DNA of 21,663 nucleotides. Source: a virus. Taxonomy: Duplodnaviria; Heunggongvirae; Uroviricota; Caudoviricetes. Of this stretch, positions 4,621 through 12,152 are shown piece by piece. Location of the stretch: the IMG/VR virus record IMGVR_UViG_3300013383_000018; one strand, given 5' to 3'. The notes under the pieces are model-generated. The model was not told the origin of the DNA. It made no database searches and saw only the letters and a list, made by a program, of their open reading frames with translations. Within the stretch, counting starts at the first letter, position 1; each line of letters opens with the position of its first letter. The translations under genes and the position numbers were made by a program.

Positions 4621-6678
4621 TTAGACGCGGAAAGCCGGGGCGACGCCGAAGGAACACCTCGCGAAGTTATTGTCCGCGTTGCCGTTCGTGCCCACATCGC
4701 AGAAGGCGCCGCTGTTGCCGTAACGAGGAGAACGCTCCCACCACCAAGCAGTGGAACCTGTTGCGCTGTGACGGTATTTCACCTTCGAATTTCCAGCAGA
4801 GTAATAGGCATACTGCGCCTGATAGTTCTTTTCGGCAGAGTTCGCATAGGTGCGTGTACCGAAAATCTCATACTCAGCCAGCAACGGAAGGTAGTCTGTG
4901 GTCTTAGTAACATAAGACGCATTGTCACTACCACCGCCCGTATTGTCTGTGTAGATAGTCATCGGCTGCATCACAGCGCGGAGGTCTGACGGAAGTGCAG
5001 CCATTAGCGTATTTGCGACAGGGTTTGTTGCAGTTGTTGCTGTGGCATCACCATCATTCGTGTTCGTTGAGCCGAGTACATCGTATCGCAGGTCACAGCC
5101 CTTCCAGCCACCAGAGTTGGTGTTTGAGCTGTGGTTCATATTGAAATACTTGGTTCCGTTTGTTGAGTAGCCATCGTACTTGCCATCAACTAAACAAATA
5201 TCTTTGCCACCAGACAATGCGGTTTTGAATGTGCCAAATGTGATACCGTTACCTTCCTTGCTGCTATTGTGGTTAAAGCCAATAATGTAGGCATAGTAAG
5301 TACCGGTCACAGCCTGTGTGCCAACAGTACCATTTACGGTCACAGCTTTGCAGTCTCCAACCGACCAATAACTTGCACCCGTACCAGAAACACTGTGAAT
5401 AGCCGCCCAAGAGTTGTCATTCAGCGTAGCAAGAATAAACTCTGCTGTAACTTTGACAGTCTTACTTGCCGGTGCAGAATAGTTCGTACCAGCAGTGCAG
5501 CTCACGGTGATAGTAGCTTCGCCATTTGTTTGGTGGACGTGAGAAACGGTAACTGTATTCCCGCTACGGGAAACAGTGGCAACGCCAGTTGCGCTGGAGG
5601 TCACGCTCAGCGTGCCATCGTGGTTGCCGCCAATCGTGAACGTATCAGTAAGCTTACTCAAGCTAAGCTTGATTGTTGTCTTACTCACAGTCAACGTACC
5701 AGTCGCTTTACCAATAGACCAAACAACGTTCTTGGCGGTAGTCACCCCATCAGACCAGCGATAGTCGGTTTTCGGCGTAAAAGAAGCCGTGTAATTGCCT
5801 GCGTTCGTGCCGGATGTCGTACCGCCAATCGTCATATAAGTCGTGTTATAATTGCTCCAACTCGGAGACTGAGAAGACTTATTGTAGGTCAGTGTACCGC
5901 TCTGGGCGGGTACGTTCGCAATCGTGATACGGTTTGCTGTACCAGTCGTCCGCTGAGACGTAGAGGTGTTGATGCCGCCGTCCGTGGTCTCTGGGAAGAA
6001 AGCAATGTAATACTTCGTTCCGTTTGTCAGACCGGTAATCGTCAACGGCGTGCTGGAATATTGGTTGCGTGTCGTGACCTTTAGCGTATAAACAGCGCCG
6101 GAATCATCCTTGCTTGTAGGGTAGCTGCCGCTCTTCACAACAATTGTGGTGCTTGCCCACGATGCCAGAGTCACGCCATCGGCAGAGATAGAAGCAGAAG
6201 GGTCAGTCCACTTAACGGTCATCTTGCCGTTGCCTGCTTCAGAAGAGGCACTCATGCCGGTAACATTCCAGCTTGTGATGCCTGCAACCTGAACAGTCGG
6301 AATCGCATTGAATTCGTCATCCGTGCTGTCAGTGTAGGCGTTTGCAGTTGTATAGGGGAAGAACTTATAGTAATACTTCGTTCCGTTGGACAGACCACTG
6401 TCACAGAAGTAAGTATTCTTATAAGCGTCTCGTGTTTTACTATCGAGAACGATAGTGCCGTCACGACGGCTTGTAGGCGCGGAGCCCGCCTTACGAACAA
6501 GCAGGGTACCGCCCCAAGCAGCAATCGTAGAACCTGCCACAACGAGGTCATCGGGGTCAGTCCACTTCACATAGACTTTCCCAGAAGAAACCTGCGTGGT
6601 AATACCGGAGACAGCCGCAAGTGTCAGACCGCCACTGCCTGAACCTGCGCCGCCGGGGAAGTTAGATAAAATAGGCAT
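4621..6678 (-). CDS. DGR target protein (685 aa), putative receptor-binding/adhesin: two FN3-like repeats, two Ig-like segments and a C-terminal DUF6273-like (C-type-lectin-fold) variable domain
   Basis: RBS AAAGGAGG. Duplicated KWTDP...GL(S/T)NGTKYY..FFP domains. Thr/Ser-rich beta-sandwich segments. The C-terminal domain (SWAAI...IIGFNH...GGWKGCDLR...WWWERSP) carries VR. Confidence 0.9.
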   Translation of the reverse strand: MPILSNFPGGAGSGSGGLTLAAVSGITTQVSSGKVYVKWTDPDDLVVAGSTIAAWGGTLLVRKAGSAPTSRRDGTIVLDSKTRDAYKNTYFCDSGLSNGTKYYYKFFPYTTANAYTDSTDDEFNAIPTVQVAGITSWNVTGMSASSEAGNGKMTVKWTDPSASISADGVTLASWASTTIVVKSGSYPTSKDDSGAVYTLKVTTRNQYSSTPLTITGLTNGTKYYIAFFPETTDGGINTSTSQRTTGTANRITIANVPAQSGTLTYNKSSQSPSWSNYNTTYMTIGGTTSGTNAGNYTASFTPKTDYRWSDGVTTAKNVVWSIGKATGTLTVSKTTIKLSLSKLTDTFTIGGNHDGTLSVTSSATGVATVSRSGNTVTVSHVHQTNGEATITVSCTAGTNYSAPASKTVKVTAEFILATLNDNSWAAIHSVSGTGASYWSVGDCKAVTVNGTVGTQAVTGTYYAYIIGFNHNSSKEGNGITFGTFKTALSGGKDICLVDGKYDGYSTNGTKYFNMNHSSNTNSGGWKGCDLRYDVLGSTNTNDGDATATTATNPVANTLMAALPSDLRAVMQPMTIYTDNTGGGSDNASYVTKTTDYLPLLAEYEIFGTRTYANSAEKNYQAQYAYYSAGNSKVKYRHSATGSTAWWWERSPRYGNSGAFCDVGTNGNADNNFARCSFGVAPAFRV
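4630..4757 (-). repeat. DGR variable repeat (VR) at the 3' end of the target gene
   Basis: Encodes STAWWWERSPRYGNSGAFCDVGTNGNADNNFARCSFGVAPAF. It has 12 A>G, 4 A>T and 3 A>C changes relative to TR, giving 11 amino-acid changes plus one silent change. A 14-nt GC-rich tract (4635-4648) lies at its 3' end. Confidence 0.97.
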
Positions 6679-6692
6679 TTTGCGCCCCTCCT

Positions 6693-7097
6693 TTAACCTA
6701 AGAGAATGATGTAAACAGGAATGTCACGCTCTGGCATCTCGCCATCAGCGGCGATAGTCAATGTACCATCAGCCTGTCCGATAACTGAGAGCATTGCCTC
6801 ACGAGCAATTTCACGCTGTTCTGCAGTCGCATTATGAGCAACAGAGATTGTGCCGTTCTGCGATGCAGTAAGACCGCTAATCGTGAGGGTTTGCGTGTAG
6901 GGCGCATCGACACCAACCCATGCAGAAGCAAGCAGGGTGGTATTGATTGCCACGCTGCTGTTTGCTTTCTCACCAAGGGCAGCATCGATTTTTACCATAT
7001 TGGAGTTCTCGGTTCCATTCATCTGGTTGCGCCATTCCTGAAAGCGAGTTGAACTGTCATCGGTCAAATAGAGGTTGTAGTTTGGTGTATTACTCAT
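6693..7097 (-). CDS. 134-aa putative short fibre/adaptor protein
   Basis: RBS GAAAGGA. The N-terminal TPNYNL...KIDAAL pattern is typical of fibre anchors. The C-terminal ~85 aa are paralogous to the C-terminus of 7114-7578 (both end DIPVxxILLG). Confidence 0.75.
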   Translation of the reverse strand: MSNTPNYNLYLTDDSSTRFQEWRNQMNGTENSNMVKIDAALGEKANSSVAINTTLLASAWVGVDAPYTQTLTISGLTASQNGTISVAHNATAEQREIAREAMLSVIGQADGTLTIAADGEMPERDIPVYIILLG

Positions 7098-7113
7098 TTA
7101 CTGCACCATCCTT

Positions 7114-7578
7114 TCAACCAAGCAGAATAACAACGACTGGAATATCACAAGTGGGTACAGCCCCATTTGCGGCAATCGTTACAGAACCCGCTGCTTGACC
7201 ACAGATATACATTTCTGCTTCAGACGCAGCAGAGAGCTGTTCATCGGTAATGCTCTGAGACAAGCCGATAACACCATTCTGCGTTGCACCAAGTCCAGCA
7301 ATAGTAAGTGTCTGTTGTCCACTCGCCCATCCTGCCGCAGTCAACGTAGCGGTAACAGCATTGCTTGCATCACACTTTCCAGCAAGAGCAGTCAGCATCT
7401 CTTCATCATCAAAGGGGAGCTGAGAATACTTCTTTGTACCGTCTCCAACTTTCTTACGAACGCTACCACTGGCTGTATCAACAATGATGATTTCGCCATC
7501 CAAAAGGATGGGGTCTTTTGCTGTCCAGTTTGCGCTCGTGTCTCGCTTTTGTCTGATTCGTGCATTATATTCAGCCAT
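7114..7578 (-). CDS. 154-aa fibre/adaptor protein with an Mtd-N-like domain (start revised from 7620 to 7578)
   Basis: GGAGG at 7586-7590 lies 7 nt before ATG 7578. RIRQKRDTSANWTAKDPILLDGE...KVGDGTKKYSQLPF matches the major-tropism-determinant N-terminal / hyaluronidase-N pattern. Confidence 0.8.
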   Translation of the reverse strand: MAEYNARIRQKRDTSANWTAKDPILLDGEIIIVDTASGSVRKKVGDGTKKYSQLPFDDEEMLTALAGKCDASNAVTATLTAAGWASGQQTLTIAGLGATQNGVIGLSQSITDEQLSAASEAEMYICGQAAGSVTIAANGAVPTCDIPVVVILLG

Positions 7579-7594
7579 ACAGTAGCCTCCCTGT

Positions 7595-7642
7595 AAGCGA
7601 AGCCCCGCCGTGCATAACACACGACGGGGTTGCTTGTGTTTT
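7595..7642. terminator. Intergenic GC-rich hairpin (terminator or mRNA-stabilising stem)
   Basis: CCCCGTCGTG-7 nt-CACGGCGGGG on the minus strand (10 bp including one G.U, 7603-7629). A T-rich tail is present only on the plus strand. Confidence 0.5.
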
Positions 7643-7650
7643 ATTTATGC

Positions 7651-9117
7651 TCAGATGTTAACAGAGGCGCTGCCACAGTTGAACACAATATAACCGGAAG
7701 CCTGCTTCAGCTCGGTAATATCATGCTCATGGTTGCCAGCAGCCTTGCTGTCCCAATCCGCGACCTTCTCAGCGGAGATACCGTCGAGAACGGTCTTGTT
7801 TGCGTGCTCATGCTGCTTGGCAACGGCACCATCCCACGCATCGACCTTATCCTGAGAGATAGTGTCGAGGATAGTCTTGTTATCATGCTTGTGCGCCTTC
7901 TGTTCAGCGGCGTCCCACTTTGCCTTATCGCCGGTAACAATCTTGTCCAGCTCAGCCTTGTTCGTATGGCTGTGCGCCTTGCCGATAGCAGACTGCACGT
8001 CAGCATGGAGCTGTGCCAGAGTCACGGAACCCTCGGTGAGAGTAGCAGTCACCTTATGGTCAGCGCTGACATCAATCACAATCTGGTCGCCAACCTTGGA
8101 GCCAGAAGTGACGTACTCAATCAGGCTGCCAACATTGATGTAGATGTTGTCTTCAGTAGCGTTGGCAAGAACCAGATGCAGGTATGTACCAGCCTCGCCC
8201 CATGCACCAGCCTCAGCCTTTGTCTCAACCGTACCGGACTCAACAACCATATCCTTGGGGATATCGATATTCACATCCAGATTGGTAGCCGTCTGCTTGA
8301 TGTTGTAGCGCTTTGCCACGCCATCCGGGGTAGAAGGAGTGACAGTTACGGTATAGTCGGTCTGAGCAGGAATCTTACCGATTTTCTCATCGACGTAACC
8401 AACAACGGTCGTAGCAGTAGCACCTTCGGGCAACGCACCGACGCGCTCACCCAGAGCGTCAACGGCAGTTTGCGCATCATCGCCAGCCTTCTTCGCTGCC
8501 GCAATTGCTGCGTCCTTACCATCTGCGTAGGTCTTTGCATCTTCCAGCGCCTTAGTCGCAGCGCCAGCCGCGTCAAAAGCACCTTCGTCTTTATAGGCAG
8601 CAGTGCCAAGACCGTGAACCTTCACGTCTTCGCCATTGAACTTGACAGTACCATTTGCAGTGCCTTCAGCCAGCGTATAAACGGTCTCGTCAGGAATAGT
8701 GATTGTGCTCACCAAATTCCAAGTAGATGTACCCTTTGCCTGAGAATACAGGTGGAACTTGCGGCTATTGTCCGCATCGACCTCCAGCTTGTACTGGGTA
8801 TCAGTATCCTGAATCTCGCCTGAGATGTAGTCGGACAGACCCTCAATCTCGTTTGCGGAATAGGTGGGTTTGGAAGCTGCTTTTGCCCAGTCGTACACGT
8901 CAGCAGCCAAACCAGCAGTGAACTGCAGCTCGCTGAATTTGTGTGCGCCGTCGCCAACCTTAAACAGAACAGCAGGCTCCTTCGCTACGGCACCAGTCTC
9001 AGCCGGAACGACAACAACGGCGACTTCACCGACAAGCAGTTGGGGGTCTTTTTCAACCCACTGTGCGTAGGTGTCATACTTCAGAGAAATGCGGGTATTA
9101 AATGTTGTAGTAGCCAT
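7651..9117 (-). CDS. 488-aa tail/head fibre protein with an Mtd-N-like domain and C-terminal HxH repeats
   Basis: TRISLKYDTYAQW...DPQLLVGE...FKVGDGAHKFSELQF, an Ala-rich coiled-coil and three 27-aa HxH repeats. RBS AAAGGACGG. Confidence 0.8.
   Translation of the reverse strand: MATTTFNTRISLKYDTYAQWVEKDPQLLVGEVAVVVVPAETGAVAKEPAVLFKVGDGAHKFSELQFTAGLAADVYDWAKAASKPTYSANEIEGLSDYISGEIQDTDTQYKLEVDADNSRKFHLYSQAKGTSTWNLVSTITIPDETVYTLAEGTANGTVKFNGEDVKVHGLGTAAYKDEGAFDAAGAATKALEDAKTYADGKDAAIAAAKKAGDDAQTAVDALGERVGALPEGATATTVVGYVDEKIGKIPAQTDYTVTVTPSTPDGVAKRYNIKQTATNLDVNIDIPKDMVVESGTVETKAEAGAWGEAGTYLHLVLANATEDNIYINVGSLIEYVTSGSKVGDQIVIDVSADHKVTATLTEGSVTLAQLHADVQSAIGKAHSHTNKAELDKIVTGDKAKWDAAEQKAHKHDNKTILDTISQDKVDAWDGAVAKQHEHANKTVLDGISAEKVADWDSKAAGNHEHDITELKQASGYIVFNCGSASVNI
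7723..7977 (-). repeat. Three 27-aa repeats plus a fourth HxH motif
   Basis: AHSHTNKAELDKI..WD / AHKHDNKTILDTI..WD / QHEHANKTVLDGI..WD / NHEH, with an exact 81-nt period. Confidence 0.9.
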
Positions 9118-9152
9118 AAATGATTACCGTCCTTTTTATGTGGTTTTAGTTA

Positions 9153-9185
9153 GAGCGGAGCACAAAGCTCCGCTCATTGTGTTTT
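9153..9185. terminator. Intergenic perfect 9-bp hairpin (terminator or mRNA-stabilising stem)
   Basis: GAGCGGAGC-ACAAA-GCTCCGCTC at 9153-9175, followed on the plus strand by ATTGTGTTTTT. Confidence 0.55.
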
Positions 9186-9188
9186 TAA

Positions 9189-10484
9189 TCAGACAGCGGC
9201 ATTACCGCCATCGAGAATCAGTGTATCACCATCAGACTGAACCAGTTTATTCATGTTAAGGCTATTGACCTCCATGCTTCCGTCTTTAGCGACAGCGACC
9301 TTATTCTCTCCGGTGGAACTGGTGACAACACCAGCAGTATCACCAGCAAATGGAATGTTAACTGCCTTCTCAGAGATGTTCAACGCGGCACCAGCCAGCT
9401 TGATAATCTCGATGAGGTTCTTGTTTGCGCCCGCTTCAACGCCGCCAAGCTTTTCTTTCTCTTCATCGGTGTAGTCGTTGGCACTCAAGCCTTTACCTGC
9501 AACTTTATCAACCTTACCAGCCAGAGCATCAGGGAGACCAGTAACTTTAGCCGGAGCGACCTCCTTGACTTCGAGTTTACCCTCTGCAGAAACAGTGAAC
9601 TCGTCAGAAACACTCTTGACGTAATTGGCTTCTGCGCCCTCTGGCAGAGCAACCAACTTTTCCTTCAGCGCAGTCGTAAAGTCCTCGGTAGAGAGCCCCT
9701 TACCATCTACCTTGTCAACTTTGTTGGCAATGGCAGTAGCAATAGCTTCGTTCATCTGCTCTGTGGTGGAATAGTTGTCGAGGTTTACACTCACATCATC
9801 CAGACGAACAACTTCGGTACCTACCTTTGCGTAGATGTCGTAGAAGCCAGTGTCGGCATTCATCACGAGATAGAGAACATTATCCTTGGCTTCAGAAGCC
9901 GCAGGGACTGCATCAACCTTCGTGAAGCTGGCATGACCGGTCTCGGCGATAGCCGTCTTGATTGCCTCCGCGATTGCAGTAGCGGTCATAGCATCAGTGA
10001 TACCATAACCTTCAAGTGTGGTAGCCTTATCAGCTTTACCAGTCTGGAGGTTTTGAATGTCCTGTGTATGACCAGCGACGGTATCAGCCAGACCGGAAAC
10101 GGTGCTGGTATCGGGTGTGTACCACTCAATAGCAGTACCAGCCGCATTGATGCGAGGCTGCTGACCTGCGGTGGCGGAACCAAAGCCCTTCAGAGCGACC
10201 TTGCCATCAACAATCTCGATGGACTTGCCATCGCCAAGGACGGCAGAACCGACTGCCTTCAGGGTCTTGTCCGGCTGAATAATGTACAGGTCGGCGGAAG
10301 ATTCCGTTACGACGCAAACATTTTCGCCATAAAAATAAGTGCCGTCCGAACTACCGACTTCAACAGCGGTAGCGGCGGCAGCTTCAGCAGCACTCAGAGA
10401 AGAGAAGTAATAACGTGCGTCCAGAGGGAACGCAGTTTGCGGATTAAATGAAACCGCAAAATTCAGTTTGCCAAAATCAGCCAT
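9189..10484 (-). CDS. 431-aa fibre-like structural protein
   Basis: RBS GGAGGTG. It has an N-terminal FPLDAR motif, two KVDKVxGKGLSxxD(F/Y)TxxxKEKL repeats typical of phage fibre shafts, and ends ILDGGNAAV. Confidence 0.8.
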   Translation of the reverse strand: MADFGKLNFAVSFNPQTAFPLDARYYFSSLSAAEAAAATAVEVGSSDGTYFYGENVCVVTESSADLYIIQPDKTLKAVGSAVLGDGKSIEIVDGKVALKGFGSATAGQQPRINAAGTAIEWYTPDTSTVSGLADTVAGHTQDIQNLQTGKADKATTLEGYGITDAMTATAIAEAIKTAIAETGHASFTKVDAVPAASEAKDNVLYLVMNADTGFYDIYAKVGTEVVRLDDVSVNLDNYSTTEQMNEAIATAIANKVDKVDGKGLSTEDFTTALKEKLVALPEGAEANYVKSVSDEFTVSAEGKLEVKEVAPAKVTGLPDALAGKVDKVAGKGLSANDYTDEEKEKLGGVEAGANKNLIEIIKLAGAALNISEKAVNIPFAGDTAGVVTSSTGENKVAVAKDGSMEVNSLNMNKLVQSDGDTLILDGGNAAV

Positions 10485-10501
10485 TATGCGTCACCTCCAT
10501 A

Positions 10502-11734
10502 TTAGATTGTCACTTTATAGGTGTTTGCAGTATCGTTGGCATTAGCCATATCCATCACATACACCTTATAGTCGATTGCCTGATAACCGTTCGCGCCCTC
10601 GACAGAAACGACGGTCTTGGTGAAAGCGGTCTTGACCTCCGCGTTCATACCATTCACGTCCTGCACGGAGCTAACATCACGCAGCGTTGCGGGATACGCG
10701 AACACAACGCGAATGGCGCCAACGGGGATTGCGAGGTTGAAGCTGTTGCCAGCCGCCAGAGCCTTACCACTCTTACCGCTAAGACCACGCACAAGTGCAG
10801 AGTTCACTTCGCCATCCTTCGCTTCCAGCGTTCCGTAGAAGCTGTTGCGGTAGCCAGTGATTTTGCCTGTCGCCTTGCTCTTATTACCGGCAGCAATTTT
10901 ACCGGCGGCATACTCATTACCGAGGTTCGTTACAGGAACAGCACCCTCACCGTGAGTCGCAGTAGCCGTAATAGCGTAGCTGGTAACGTCGCCAACTGTC
11001 AGCTCATCGAACGAACCGGAGGCAGTATCCTTGGTAGCAGTACCGTCGGTTACACTCCAAGCGGTAGCAGTAATACCAGTTGCAGGACCGTATGTATAGC
11101 TACCCGCGCTCAGAGAAGCGGTGTACGCAGGAACGACTTTTGAACCAACCTCATACGCTGCAATTTGCTTACAAGTAATTGTCACGGCGGGTTGTGTTGC
11201 TGTCGGATTCTTTTCCTTCGCCAGAATGGACGCGAGAACATCCTTAACATTCTTGCCAGATGCGGCAATCGTACCAGAGCCAGAGCTCGGAACGGTCAGA
11301 ACACCAATGGCAGCAGTGTACGTCAGGTCATCGGCAAAGTAAACATTCTCGGCACTGTAGTTTCCATCCATCGCAGCCCACACAGAGCCATCGTAGACAT
11401 AGGCAGTGTAAGAATACTTGCCATCGGCAATCAGAGATTTGACAACAAAGATGTCATCTTTCTCAGCAGTAACGCCAGCCGCAGTCAGAACGCGAGTAAT
11501 GACATCATTGTCACTTTCGCCCTCTGCCCTTACGCCTTCATAATGGGCAGCACTTGCTCCACTGATAGCCTTCAGGTTCTCATAAGTGGTAACGCCATCA
11601 CCAATCTTGAGAGTGCCAAGCTCCAAGTCAAAGCAAGGCTCACCAGCGGCAGGTACAACGTCTTTGTTAGCAAGCCAATTTGCCGTTGTGTCACGCCGGA
11701 CTTGGATTTGGGTTTTCATCGTAGTATTGGGCAT
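10502..11734 (-). CDS. 410-aa fibre protein with an Mtd-N-like domain
   Basis: RBS AAGGAGG. QIQVRRDTTANWLANKDVVPAAGEPCFD...LKIGDGVTTYENL is followed by Thr/Ala-rich beta domains. Confidence 0.8.
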   Translation of the reverse strand: MPNTTMKTQIQVRRDTTANWLANKDVVPAAGEPCFDLELGTLKIGDGVTTYENLKAISGASAAHYEGVRAEGESDNDVITRVLTAAGVTAEKDDIFVVKSLIADGKYSYTAYVYDGSVWAAMDGNYSAENVYFADDLTYTAAIGVLTVPSSGSGTIAASGKNVKDVLASILAKEKNPTATQPAVTITCKQIAAYEVGSKVVPAYTASLSAGSYTYGPATGITATAWSVTDGTATKDTASGSFDELTVGDVTSYAITATATHGEGAVPVTNLGNEYAAGKIAAGNKSKATGKITGYRNSFYGTLEAKDGEVNSALVRGLSGKSGKALAAGNSFNLAIPVGAIRVVFAYPATLRDVSSVQDVNGMNAEVKTAFTKTVVSVEGANGYQAIDYKVYVMDMANANDTANTYKVTI

Positions 11735-11770
11735 AACTTTCCTCCTTCAAAATATTTTTGCAGAATGGTT

Positions 11771-12133
11771 TCATTGGATACCGTTCGCAGCGCCGCCATC
11801 AATCACTTTAACATCGCCAACGCTAATGTCGCCTGCATTAACAGGAGACAATTTCCCGTCAGCAGAAACGATATACGGAACCCAATCAGAACCGTTATGC
11901 ACTGAAATAATGTGTCCAGCACAATCGTAGGTCTTGACCCACGCTTGTGCCTCGGTTAACGTCTCAAACTGTTTGCGCTCGGAGATATTTTTCATCTCAC
12001 CATTCGCATCGTAGAAATACAGTTCGGACTCTTTGCTGTCGCTGGTGATAATCAGACTATCTTTCGGGATAGTACCGGAAGCAATTGCAGCGGAAATTCT
12101 ACCTTTCTTTCCGTAAGCGACTCTCACGCCCAT
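11771..12133 (-). CDS. 120-aa hypothetical structural protein ending in IDGGAA
   Basis: RBS GGAGGTG 7 nt upstream. In-operon and co-oriented. Confidence 0.75.
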   Translation of the reverse strand: MGVRVAYGKKGRISAAIASGTIPKDSLIITSDSKESELYFYDANGEMKNISERKQFETLTEAQAWVKTYDCAGHIISVHNGSDWVPYIVSADGKLSPVNAGDISVGDVKVIDGGAANGIQ

Positions 12134-12152
12134 CTCATATCACCTCCGTCAA

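Larger units (their letters stand above)
2349..6678 (-). mobile_element. Complete diversity-generating retroelement (target/VR - hairpin - avd - TR - RT)
   Basis: All core components are present in one orientation, with strictly adenine-specific TR/VR divergence. Confidence 0.96.

Noticed and set aside
4399-4624. 63-aa and 64-aa ORFs in the target-avd gap
   Set aside because: No RBS, they overlap hairpins and neighbouring genes, and the region looks regulatory.
5269-6084. 271-aa plus-strand ORF
   Set aside because: Antisense shadow of the Thr/Ser-rich DGR target; Arg/Cys-rich composition unlike a real protein.
7630-8823. 397-aa plus-strand ORF
   Set aside because: It lies entirely antisense to the 488-aa fibre gene, has no RBS and no recognisable motif, and is explained as a codon-bias shadow frame.
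10448-11905. 231-aa and 246-aa plus-strand ORFs
   Set aside because: Antisense shadows of the 410-aa fibre gene. The other short plus-strand and out-of-frame ORFs in the track are rejected for the same reason.
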